In this document: piece after piece, positions 45,047-54,859 of the stretch
How the letters are laid out: every line of letters starts with the position of its first letter
How positions within the stretch are numbered: the first letter of the stretch is position 1
From: Rebecca billardiae RCC1528
Lineage: Eukaryota > Protista > Haptophyta
Assembly: GCA_965240325.2 (NCBI GenBank)
Contig: OZ251227.1
Span: 2,046,001-2,110,000 of the forward strand
Reading direction: 5' to 3'
DNA length: 64,000 nt
Notes under the pieces: model-generated
Told to the model about the DNA's origin: nothing
The model's database searches: none
Seen by the model: the letters and a program-made list of their open reading frames with translations, nothing else
Translations under genes and position numbers: made by a program

Positions 45047-45798
45047 GCCAACCGGTCCAGACCTCAGGATTATCCTTAACCTGCACGCCAGTGGGCGGCC
45101 CACTGGCGTGCAGGTTAAGGGTTTCGTCAGGTTGGCGCGCGTGTGGGGCGACGCTCCCGCCGCCACCTCGCTCTCGCCTTCCGCCGCCAGGGCGAGGCCG
45201 CGCGAAGTCCAGTAGATCTTCCGATGGGACGCAGCGGGGCGGTAGCGAAGCGGTGAACTACTGTCGCTTGCGCGTGGCGCAGCGCTTCGCGCCCTCGCAC
45301 CTCGACGGTCAGCTGCAGGCCCGCGCGAGCGCGAGCCGGTGTGCCGCCGCCACATTCAGCCAGAGACATGCCGCGCCTTGCCTGCCGAGGCAGCGAAGAG
45401 GCACGCACGTGAAGCCGCTGGGCGCCATGGCGCGCGCCCATGACCGTACTGTCACATGGCTCACGCCGTCCTGGGATGCGCGCCTCGGGTTGCGCTCAGC
45501 GCGCGCATACTTTGCGGGGACGACAGCACGGCTGAAGCCGAGAGGCGGCGCACACGCCCGTGCGGGCTCAAGGCGCCGAGAAGATGGTCAGACGCGAGTT
45601 GCCCGGCGCAGGGCGGCGCAGAAAGGCCCTATGCCTCTGCCCGACCGCGTGCGCCATCGCCGCGTGCACGTCTACGACCGCGGCGGCGCGGCAGCGGGCG
45701 GCGCCTCGCGGCGGATGGCTGTGGCGGGCGCACGCGGCGGGTTTTGAATTTTTCTCATTTTCCGAGTTTCCCAAATCCTGAGGTCTGGACCGGTTGGC
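45047..45798. mobile_element. 752-bp non-autonomous TIR element (25-bp perfect TIRs) with an internal 47-bp perfect palindrome at 45074-45120
   Basis: GCCAACCGGTCCAGACCTCAGGATT at 45047-45071 and its reverse complement at 45774-45798. It interrupts the motif CACGTTAAAACATAGTAAACTG that is intact at about 42615-42636. Confidence 0.85.
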
Positions 45799-45912
45799 AT
45801 AGTAAACTGTAGGCGGCGGAAATTTTTCACAGCAGGATGGCGGTCGCGCCAAACCTCGGCCCTCGTCATCATTCTTTTCAAAACGAAGCATCGACTCCTC
45901 GGCTCCCGCACG

Positions 45913-48717
45913 ATGCCGCGCGCACGGGCGGGCCCGTCGGCGCCGGCGCCGCGGGCGCTCGATCTGGCGGGCGCGAGCGGCCTCGTGTCGTCGATGCTCA
46001 CCACGCCCTCCGCGCGCTCCGGCACGCTCGTGAGCATCAACGACGAGACGATCCAGGCCGTCCTCGCCACGCTCGTGCGTGAGATGATCGAGCTGCGCGA
46101 GGAGGGCGGATCGGCCGCGTCCTCCGCCACCGATCGGGAGGTGCAGCACGAGCTCCGCGCGCTGCGCGCGCACGTGCGAGAGCTCGAATCACGCCTCTCC
46201 CACGCGCACGACGCGGCTGCCCGCGCGGAGGCTCGAGCTGACGAGGCCGCCGACGCCGCGACGCGTGTGCGCGATGCGTCGCGTGCGGATATTGTTCGCG
46301 CCGTCGACGCGCGCCTGGACGGCGTGCACGTGACGCAGCAGCAGCTGGCCGAGGGCCTGCGCGCCGTCAAGGCACGCGCCAAGACGGCGCACGCCGCGGC
46401 CGAGGACGCGCTCGGCCGGGCCGTGCAGCTCGAGTCTGCGCGGCTCTCCGCGGCTGAGCAGCACGTGCGCTCGGCCGGCGACGCCGAGACTGCCGCGTCT
46501 GCCTCGGCGTCCCTCCGGCGGCAGCTGGAGCGATGGCAGGCGCAGGCGTCCGCGCAGCTCGAGGCCGACGCGCGCGCCGTGCACGAGCAGCTCGCCGCCA
46601 TCCGCGCCGAGCTCGCCGACGCAGCCACGCGCTCGGCGGCGGACGGGCGCCGCCAGCTCGCGGCCGAGGCATCGGCCGTGCTCGGCAGCGCACATACAGA
46701 GGTGGCGCGCGCGGCGCGCGCGGAGGTGGAGGCGCGCGGCGCGGAGCTGCGCGAGGTGGTGCGCGCGCACGTCGCGAGCGAGGCCTCCGCGCTCGGCTCC
46801 GCGCTCGACGCGCGCATCGGCGCCGCCACCGTCGAGCTCGAGGCCTCGTGGCACGCGCACCACGGCCGCGTGGTCGCCGCCCTCAAGGAGGAGCTGCTGG
46901 CACTGGCGCTCGCGGCGCGCGCCGAGGGCGAGCGCGCGGACGAGCGCGCGCGGGGCGCGGGCAGGGGCGGCGCGGAGGCGCGGCGGGAGGACGCGTCGCC
47001 TGCGCCGGCCGCCGCCGCCGCCGCGGCCGCCGCCGCCGCGGCCGCCGCCGCCGAGGCCGCCGCCGCGGCAGCGACCAAGGCCGCCGCGGACGCCGGCGCC
47101 ATCGCCGCCGAGACGGGCCGCGAGCGCGCCGCCGCCGCTGAGACGCGCGCCGCCGCAGAGGCTGCGGCGGCGGCGGCGGGCAAGGCGGCGGCGGAGGCCG
47201 CGTTCGTCGCCGCCGAGGCGGCGCGTGAGCGCACTGCGGCGTCAGAGACGCGCGCCGCCGCCGAGGCTGCGGCGGCCGCGGCGAGCAAGGCGGCCAAGGA
47301 GGCCGGCGCGATCGCGGCCGAGGCGGGCCGCGAGCGCGCCGCCGCCGCGGACGCGCGCGCCGCCGTCGAGTCCGCCGCGAGCTCGAGCAGTGCGATCGCC
47401 GACGCGCAGCGACGGAGCGCGCAGCAGCTGCAGCAGCAGCTGGAGTCGCAGCAGAGCACGATCGACGAGCTGCTCGCCGCGCAGGCGGAGGCGGGGCGCG
47501 CCTCCGAGACCGTGCGCGCGCACGCGGCCGCGCTCCGATCGGTGAACGACGCCCTCGCGCGGCACGAGCAGACGCAGGGCGCGATCGGCCGAGGCCTGGC
47601 CGAGCTGAGGCAGGAGCTGGCGAGCGAGCGCGCCGCGTTCGAGGCGAGCCTGGCGCGCGCTGGCGGGCGGGGCCTGCCCGCGGCCGCGCAGCAGGAGCTC
47701 GCCGCCCTGCGCGCCGATCTCACCGCGCTGGCCGAAGCGAGCGAGGCCGCGGGCGGGGCGACGCGCGCGCAGGACGATCGCGCGCGCGCTCGCGAGGAGG
47801 CGGAGGCGCGCGCGCGCGCGGAGCTGGAGGCGGCGGCGGCGCGCTCGGAGGAGGAGCGCGCGGCGCTGGGCGCGCAGCTGTCCCAGCTCTCCGCCGCGCA
47901 CGCGCAGCTCGGCGCGCAGCAGACGGAGCTGCGCCGGCTCGTCGCGACTGACCTCAGTCGCCTTGCCGCCCAGCTCGACGGCAAGGCAGATGCGCGCGCG
48001 CTCGAGGCCAAGGTGGATGCGCACGACGCGGCCGCGCTGCACCGCCTCTTCCAGTCGCTGCTCGAGGAGCTGACCGCCGACCCGTCGCGGCTGTACTACC
48101 ACCGGCGCCACTTCTCCTCGCGCCCGCACCTGCTGTCCAAGTACTGGGCGACGCAGACGGTCGGCGGCGCGTACGTGTGGCCGCGCGCGGCCGGGGTGAC
48201 GGGCACGGCATTTGGCGCGAGCGGCCGCGTGCGCGTGCGCCGGCCGCGCGCGCGCTCGGCGGGCGTGGCGGTGGGAGGGCGCGCGCATGACGATGCCGGC
48301 GTGTCCTACGGCGTGCCGACCACGCGAGCCGCGACGACCTCGCCGATGCACCCCGGCGCGGGCGGCTCCACGCCGCCGCTGTGGCGCTCGCCCCCCTCGG
48401 GCTCGGGCTCGGACGGCGCCGAGGGCGAGTACTCCTACTCCTACTCCGCCCATGGCACGGGCGCAGTAGCTGGCGGGCATGGAGCGGGCGCGTCAGCCGA
48501 GGGCGGCGTGCGCGAGGAGGCGCCGCAGCCCGGCGGCAAGAGGGAGGGCGTCAGGCACGTGCCGCGGCGGCGGCCGCGTTCGGGCGCGGCGGTGGCCTCG
48601 GCAATCGCCGCCGCCGGCCCGGCAAAGCAGCCGGCCGCCGCCGGCCCTTCTCGGCTACGCGTCGGCCCGGTGAGGCCGGTCGCCGCGGCAGAGGCGCACC
48701 AGCTCCACTTGCGCTGA
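45913..48717 (+). CDS. Ala-rich long coiled-coil protein (934 aa), function unknown
   Basis: Long ORF with heptad-like ELRALRAHVRELESRL and LQQQLESQQSTIDELL, three ~36-aa internal repeats and C-terminal LDGKADARALEAKVD. Confidence 0.75.
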   Translation: MPRARAGPSAPAPRALDLAGASGLVSSMLTTPSARSGTLVSINDETIQAVLATLVREMIELREEGGSAASSATDREVQHELRALRAHVRELESRLSHAHDAAARAEARADEAADAATRVRDASRADIVRAVDARLDGVHVTQQQLAEGLRAVKARAKTAHAAAEDALGRAVQLESARLSAAEQHVRSAGDAETAASASASLRRQLERWQAQASAQLEADARAVHEQLAAIRAELADAATRSAADGRRQLAAEASAVLGSAHTEVARAARAEVEARGAELREVVRAHVASEASALGSALDARIGAATVELEASWHAHHGRVVAALKEELLALALAARAEGERADERARGAGRGGAEARREDASPAPAAAAAAAAAAAAAAAEAAAAAATKAAADAGAIAAETGRERAAAAETRAAAEAAAAAAGKAAAEAAFVAAEAARERTAASETRAAAEAAAAAASKAAKEAGAIAAEAGRERAAAADARAAVESAASSSSAIADAQRRSAQQLQQQLESQQSTIDELLAAQAEAGRASETVRAHAAALRSVNDALARHEQTQGAIGRGLAELRQELASERAAFEASLARAGGRGLPAAAQQELAALRADLTALAEASEAAGGATRAQDDRARAREEAEARARAELEAAAARSEEERAALGAQLSQLSAAHAQLGAQQTELRRLVATDLSRLAAQLDGKADARALEAKVDAHDAAALHRLFQSLLEELTADPSRLYYHRRHFSSRPHLLSKYWATQTVGGAYVWPRAAGVTGTAFGASGRVRVRRPRARSAGVAVGGRAHDDAGVSYGVPTTRAATTSPMHPGAGGSTPPLWRSPPSGSGSDGAEGEYSYSYSAHGTGAVAGGHGAGASAEGGVREEAPQPGGKREGVRHVPRRRPRSGAAVASAIAAAGPAKQPAAAGPSRLRVGPVRPVAAAEAHQLHLR

Positions 48718-49026
48718 GAGCTGGTATCTGATTCGCGCAGTCGTTGTTCTCGCTCAAAGGCTCACTGACTTAGCACCGACGATACGTAACTTACCATCAG
48801 CCAGTCACTAGACACACTGCGCAGCGGATTAAATGCGCCGACGCATCAAAAATAAATCTGCGGCCCCAATAATCTCGCGCGCGCACGAGAGTGTCGGTTC
48901 GCGAATGAGCACAGCCGTCGGTTTCGTCCAGTGCGAATGTTCAGCGAAGGTTTCGTCCGGTCAAATACCAACCGCAGTACGCGCGGTACTCAATCGCCGG
49001 GCGCTGCAAGTGAGCGGTCGAGCAGC

Positions 49027-50586
49027 ATGCTGTCGTCCGCTGCGCCGGCGCACCCGCCGTTGTCGCAGCGGCTCGCAGAGGGCCTGACGAACAGCTTCCG
49101 GCAGCGCCGGCTCACCCTCGATGGCATCGACACCAGCGAGCTCAAGGAAGTCCGCGCCAAGCACGCTGCTGAACATGACGACAAGCCGAAGCCGAGCTCG
49201 CGCCGAATGAGCTTGAGGTGAGGCGCGTGGGCCACGCGCTGCGCCCGTGCGCGGCGGGAGGCCAGGCTTCGCTCGGTGCAGGAGAGCGGCCGGGGACGAG
49301 GTCAGCGGGCATGCGCAGCGCCCGATCCCCCCGCGCGGTCCAGCGCGTGCTCACGCGCGCATTGCGCACGACCTTGCCGCGCGCGCGCGCGCAGCCCCGA
49401 GATGGTGACGGGCTGGCTCTCCCACGCACCGCCCGTGGAGGAGCTCTTCCCTCGCAGCGTGGTGGGCACCTTCAGCTGCCACGGCACAGAGCCGGGCAGG
49501 CGGCCCGGCGCGCCCGCGGGCAAGATCAACCAGGACCGCGGCCTCGTGTCCTACCCGTTTGCCGGCAACCCGGCCGCGGCCATGTTTGCAGTCTTCGACG
49601 GGCACGGTGCGTGCGGCGCGGCGCGGCGCGGCGCGGCGCGGCGCGGCGCGGCGCGCGCGCGCTCGCTCATGCGCGCCGCCCCGCGCGCCCGCCCGCAGGG
49701 CTGAGCGGCGCCGAGTGCTCGCAGTTTGTCGCGCACACGCTGCAGGCGCTGCTCGAGGACCACCCGGCGCTCTTCGACGAGCCCGAGCGCGCGCTGCAGG
49801 AGTCGTTCGTGCGCGTGGACGAGCTGCTCGGCTTGGAGCGCGGGAGCATCGACGCCGAGGCGTCGGGCACGACCGCCACCGTCATCCTGCTCATCGAGGA
49901 CGTGCTGTACACCGCGTGCTGCGGCGACTCGCGCGCCGTGCTCGCCTCGCACGGCAAGCGCAAGGGCCAGGTCGTGGCCCACGATCTGAGCCGCGACCAC
50001 AAGCCCGACCTGCCCGAGGAGCTCGCGCGGATCAAAAAGCATGGCGGGTTCGTCTCGCCGCCCGAGGACTGGGGCGGCCCCGCGCGCGTCTACCTCGACT
50101 CGCAGCACACCGCGCCGGGCCTCGCCATGTCGCGATCCATCGGCGACCACGGCGTCAAGCGCATCGGCGTGACGGCTGAGCCGGACGTGAGCGTGCGCAA
50201 GCTCTCGGAGCAGGACGCCTTCATCGTGCTCGCGTCGGATGGCGTGTGGGAGTTCCTCCAATCGGACGCGGCGGCGACGCTCGTCGCCCCCTTGCTCGCA
50301 AGATCGGGCGCCACGAATGCGTGCACCAAGTGCGCGCGCGGACCGCGCCCATCGCCGTGCGCGCGCTCGCGCGCGCGCGCTCGCGCACGTGGCCATTGCC
50401 TGGCCTGCGAGCCTGCCCCTTGCCGCGCTGCTGACGCCCTGCGCGACGCCCGGACGTCGGACCGACCCGGCTGATCGCAGGCTGATCGAGCGCGCGTCGG
50501 CCGCATGGCGAAAGGAGGAGGGCGACTACCGGGATGATATCACCGCGATGATCATCAAGCTCCCATGCATGCCCGAGCCCAAGTGA
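49027..50586 (+). CDS. PP2C/PPM-family protein phosphatase. Exons 49027-49217, 49395-49606, 49699-50329, 50481-50586 (alternative start 48937)
   Basis: KINQDR, FAVFDGHG, SGTTA, CGDSRAVL, DHKPD, GLAMSRSIGD, LASDGVWEF, RDDIT. Three GT..AG introns keep the frame. Confidence 0.93.
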
Positions 50587-51528
50587 GGCGCAGCGCTTAC
50601 TTATCTCTGTACCCCCATAGTCCTTTCGTCTCCGTTTCAGTGCACACCACCCCGGGGCTCGCGCCTCGCGGGAGGCGCGCTGTCCGTCCGTCGGCCACGC
50701 ATTCACGATCATCGTTGCTCTTGGCCGCTCACGCTTACCCGAGTCGCACCTGTTACAGCTGCGGCACGGCACCGGCGGACATTCAAACTCACATTCACAT
50801 GCGCTAGGCATCCAGGCTTATTACATCACTACACCAACGGTCGGACATATATGCTGCTAGTCGCCGCGCGCTATATGGCTACATACGTGTGCTGACTGCT
50901 ACGACTCAATATGACCGCATCATACACAGTTATACACTGCTTACTAATAGTGTTCCGTGGACTGAATCCGCGTCTGACTGAGTCTGATGATAAGACCCAC
51001 TACTGAATAACCAACTACGTAGTTGGTTATTGGGGGCCCGCGGTGCCGAGCTGTGCCACCGACTGCCCGACCGCTCCGTCACTCAGACACTCAGCACGCT
51101 GCAGCCTCGCCGCCGCGTCGATGCCGAGTGCGTACGAGTACAACTGCAAGGGCCGCCGTCGGCGCGCGTCGCCGGTGCCGCCGCGGCCGGTGTCACGGGT
51201 GTGACCGACTACGGAGCGGCCGGACTCGGGGCGACTGCGAGCACGGGTGAGAGGGGCCAGCACGGCGTCGCCCGTAGCATATATATATATGCCACCTCGC
51301 CATCGTTACCGGCGGACTCGCCGCGGCTCGCAGCCATCAGCCTCGGTGGCTCTCGTGTCAGGCAGTCCGAGGCATCCGCCATCGTGAGCGCCAGAGCCGC
51401 TCCGACTCTCGGACTCGGACTGGCACGGTCAGCGCGCGGCTCGATGCGCCAGTCAAGCAGTGGAGACTCGAGACCGGCGGGCGAGAGCAAAATAGATGTG
51501 CGCGCGGTCCAGCTCGTGCTGCCCGGAC

Positions 51529-51627
51529 GCCCATTTCATATAGTCACTGAGCTCAAAAACCTACCGGCGTCGCCCGTCCCGGTCGTCGGTAGGTTTTGAG
51601 CCCCTGAGAGAGTGAGAGTGAGACGGC
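51529..51627. mobile_element. Hairpin mini-element, copy 2, flanked by direct repeat GCCCGGACGCC
   Basis: Stem GCTCAAAAACCTACCG / CGGTAGGTTTTGAGC. Direct repeat at 51521-51531 and 51626-51636. Confidence 0.65.
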
Positions 51628-51675
51628 CCGGACGCCGGCGACGCCGGCCTCGTGATGGCCTGCTCGGTCTCGTCG

Positions 51676-54648
51676 TCAGATGGACGGAGCTCCGAACACG
51701 ACGAACGGCGCCCAGTGGCGAATGCGGAAGATGCGCGAGCGGTCGTCATCAGTCTCGCGCTTGGTCCTGTGAAGCAGCTCACTTAAAGTTGCTCGCATCA
51801 GGCCTGCAATATCCACGTGATGCGCGTCGCCGCCCACATCGGCAGCTTGGAGGCTCTCAGCCAGCCGCTGGTACAGCTCCTCCATCATGTCGCAGGTCTT
51901 GCTGTCACTGACGGGCCACAGCGAAGCGATGAGCGTGCTGCAGCCCGCGGAGAGGAAGGCGCGCGCGATGCCGATCAGCCCCTCCGAGCTCAGCTCGCCG
52001 CGGAACGTGTCGCACGCGCTTAGCACCATGAGCTGCATCTCTCGCAGGTCGAGAGACTCCACGTCCGCCATCCCCAGCATCGCCTCGTCGTAGCTGGAGC
52101 CAGCCAGGTGCAGGCCTGTCGGCGAGCCGTGCACGGCGAAGTGCACAAAGTGTGCGCGCGCGAGGTGCTCCATGAGCGCGGGCTTCGTCACCTGCTCGCC
52201 CTTCAGCAGCGTCACCTCCAGCCTGCTCGCCACGGCCGCCTTCGAGTCCAAGAGCTGGCTCACGGCGCGCGCCTCGGTATGCGCTTCGAGAAGATCGTCC
52301 AGCGCCTCGCCCACCACGTCGCCCACGGCGAGCTGCTTCGAGAGCTGCTCCCGCTCAGCACGCTCGAGGTAGCGCACCACCTTCCGCGCGCCGCCGTCGA
52401 CCGCCATCGCCTCCACCCACACGCACCAGCTCCTCTTGCCGCGCACGCCTCGCCTCGCCTCCTCCACGTCCTCGTTTGTCTGCAGCCGCCATGGCAGCTC
52501 GTAGCCGGAGTAGTCCTGCACGCCCGCGACGAGGGCGCGCTGAACGGAGTCGTCCTGCGCGCGGGCAGCGCGGCTGGCAGCCCGGTGCGCCTCGAGCTGC
52601 AGCAGCGCGCCAACCGACGGCGCGACGCTCAGCGCGTGGCGCTCCACCAGGTACTTGCCCTCCGCGTCGAGCAGCGCGGCAAACGGCAGCGCGTGCAGGG
52701 GGCCATCTGGCAGCAGCACGAGCCTCTCGCGCCCCATCAGCGCCTGTGCCAGCGGCTCGACGAGCAGCTCGTGACACCGCCGCAGCAGCGCCTTCGCCTC
52801 CGCATCGGCTGCATCTGCGTCATCGCGACGGCGCTTACCCCTCGTTTGTGGCAGCCCCACCACCCGCTCGCAGTCAGAGACACGTGCGCCCATGCGCACA
52901 GAGGCCCTCACGCACAGGCGGCCGTGGTCGCCCGCTGACTGGCCGCGGCTGCTGAGGATCGCACCGCGCGTGTCAGCCACGAGTGTGCCCAGCGACTGCT
53001 CGCCCAGCTCAAGCTTGTGCAGCAGCGGTGCCAATCGCGGGTCTGGCCGCACCACCCACGCCAAGATGCTCGACTCGGTCACCTGCGAGAAGAGCACGAG
53101 GCAGGCTCGATGGCGCACAGCGTACTCGCGCATCTGCTGCCACGACGGCGCCGGCGGCAGCGCGCGCGAGGGGGCTGCGTTCATATCGGAGCCGCTCGAC
53201 GGCTGCTGCCAGTTCTGGCGCACGAGCAGGAGCGCGAGCGAGCGCGCTCGGCTGCGCTCGGCCGCCTCCAGCGCCTCTGCACCCCTCCCTCCCTCCACGA
53301 GCTCACGCTGCAGGCCATTCGAGGCAGCAACTGGCAGGCCGGTGTCCCCAAACGAGACGCGCGCTTGATCCGTGCTCAGTTCGACCCAGAGCGAATCGTA
53401 CACGGACAGAGCGGCCTTGAACTCGTCAGCTGCGCGCTCGTGCTGCCCGAGGCTGCTGTGCGCCCTGGCAAGGTTGCTCAGCGCATTGCCCTCGCCTTGC
53501 ATGTACCCAATCTCGCGGCTGATGGCCAGCGCCTTTTTGTGGTGCTCGACGGCGCGCTCGTACTGCCCAAGGCTGAAGTACGCGCTGCCCAGGTTGGTCA
53601 GGTCGCTGCCCTCACCCCTTCTGTCGCCAATCTCATGGCTGATGGCCAGCGCCTGCTTGAGGTGCTCGATGGCTGACTCGTACTGCCTGAGGCCGCTGAA
53701 TGCTATGCCCATGTTCCCCAGCGCACTGCCCTCGCCCTGCCTGTTACCGCTATCACGGCTGATGACCAGCGCCTGCCTGTGGAGAGCGATGGCGCACGCG
53801 TACTGCTTGAGACAAAAGTACGCGTTGCCCAAATTGACCAGACGGCTGCGTTCACCCTGCTTGTCGCCGATCTCGCGGCTGATGGCCAGCGCCTGCTCGT
53901 GGTACTCGATGGCGCGCTCATACTGGCCGAGGCTGCGATACGCGTTGCCCAGGTTGCCCAGGCAGCTGCTCTCGCCCTGCCTGTTGCCGGTCTCGCGGCT
54001 GATGGCTAGCGCCTTCTCATGGTGATCGATGGCGCGCTCGTACTGGCCGAGGCTGAAGTACGCATTGCCCAGGTTACCCAGATCGCTGCCCTCGCCCAGC
54101 CTGTCACCAATCTCACGGCTGATGGCCAGCGCCTCCTTGTCGTGCTCTATGGCGCTCTGATACTGGCCGAGGCTGAAGTACGCGTTGCCCAGGTTACCCA
54201 GGTCGTTGGCCTCGCCCCGCCTGTCGCCGATCTCTCGGCTGATGGCCAGCGCCTGCATGAGGTGATCGATGGCTAGCTGATACTGCCCTAGGCTACGGTA
54301 CGCGCTGCCGAGGTTGCCCAGCACATTGCCCTCAATCTGCTTGTCGCCGATCTCACGGCTGATGGTCCGCGCCTGTATGAGATGCTCGATTGCGCACTCG
54401 TACCGCCCAAGGCTGTCATACGCGTTGCCCAGGCTACTCAGCACACTGCCCTCGCCACGCATGTCGCCAATCTCGCGGCTGATGGGCAGTGCCTCCTCGT
54501 AGTGCTCGATGGCGCGCTCGTAAAGCCTGAGGCTTAAGAGGGCGTTACCCAGGCTGCTCAGCACGCTGCCCTCGCCCTGCCTGTCGCCGATCTCGCGGCT
54601 GATAGCCAGGGCGTGCTCCAGAGCCTCCACACGCGAACCGCCTTCCAT
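51676..54648 (-). CDS. TPR-CHAT protein (ten 40-aa TPRs + CHAT caspase-like protease), TTC28-like architecture
   Basis: ALAISREIGD..GEG..LGNLGNAY.SLGQY repeats, EALEAAERSRARSL, LPDGPLHALPFAAL, HFAVHG (catalytic His), VLSACDT (catalytic Cys), EGLIGIARAFLSAG..LIASLWPVSD, HWAPFVVFG. Confidence 0.93.
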   Translation of the reverse strand: MEGGSRVEALEHALAISREIGDRQGEGSVLSSLGNALLSLRLYERAIEHYEEALPISREIGDMRGEGSVLSSLGNAYDSLGRYECAIEHLIQARTISREIGDKQIEGNVLGNLGSAYRSLGQYQLAIDHLMQALAISREIGDRRGEANDLGNLGNAYFSLGQYQSAIEHDKEALAISREIGDRLGEGSDLGNLGNAYFSLGQYERAIDHHEKALAISRETGNRQGESSCLGNLGNAYRSLGQYERAIEYHEQALAISREIGDKQGERSRLVNLGNAYFCLKQYACAIALHRQALVISRDSGNRQGEGSALGNMGIAFSGLRQYESAIEHLKQALAISHEIGDRRGEGSDLTNLGSAYFSLGQYERAVEHHKKALAISREIGYMQGEGNALSNLARAHSSLGQHERAADEFKAALSVYDSLWVELSTDQARVSFGDTGLPVAASNGLQRELVEGGRGAEALEAAERSRARSLALLLVRQNWQQPSSGSDMNAAPSRALPPAPSWQQMREYAVRHRACLVLFSQVTESSILAWVVRPDPRLAPLLHKLELGEQSLGTLVADTRGAILSSRGQSAGDHGRLCVRASVRMGARVSDCERVVGLPQTRGKRRRDDADAADAEAKALLRRCHELLVEPLAQALMGRERLVLLPDGPLHALPFAALLDAEGKYLVERHALSVAPSVGALLQLEAHRAASRAARAQDDSVQRALVAGVQDYSGYELPWRLQTNEDVEEARRGVRGKRSWCVWVEAMAVDGGARKVVRYLERAEREQLSKQLAVGDVVGEALDDLLEAHTEARAVSQLLDSKAAVASRLEVTLLKGEQVTKPALMEHLARAHFVHFAVHGSPTGLHLAGSSYDEAMLGMADVESLDLREMQLMVLSACDTFRGELSSEGLIGIARAFLSAGCSTLIASLWPVSDSKTCDMMEELYQRLAESLQAADVGGDAHHVDIAGLMRATLSELLHRTKRETDDDRSRIFRIRHWAPFVVFGAPSI

Positions 54649-54859
54649 GCTCGGCCGGCCATCACCGAGATTGCATGCGCGGAATCTGAATCTCGTCCCC
54701 AGCTACCTTCAACCTGGTACAATTTAAGGACAGTACTGTACAGTAGTAGTAGTAGTAGACTCAGATCAAGGGCGGTGCTCTCAGATCTACACCTACGACC
54801 GAACACAACGCGCGCGCGCCGCTCGGCGCTCGAGCGCGCCGGTCCCGACGCTCGCAAAC

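Noticed and set aside
51676-54648. TPR-CHAT as Craspase (type III-E Csx29)
   Set aside because: No Cas7-11 or array is present, and the architecture is the generic eukaryotic/bacterial TPR-CHAT.
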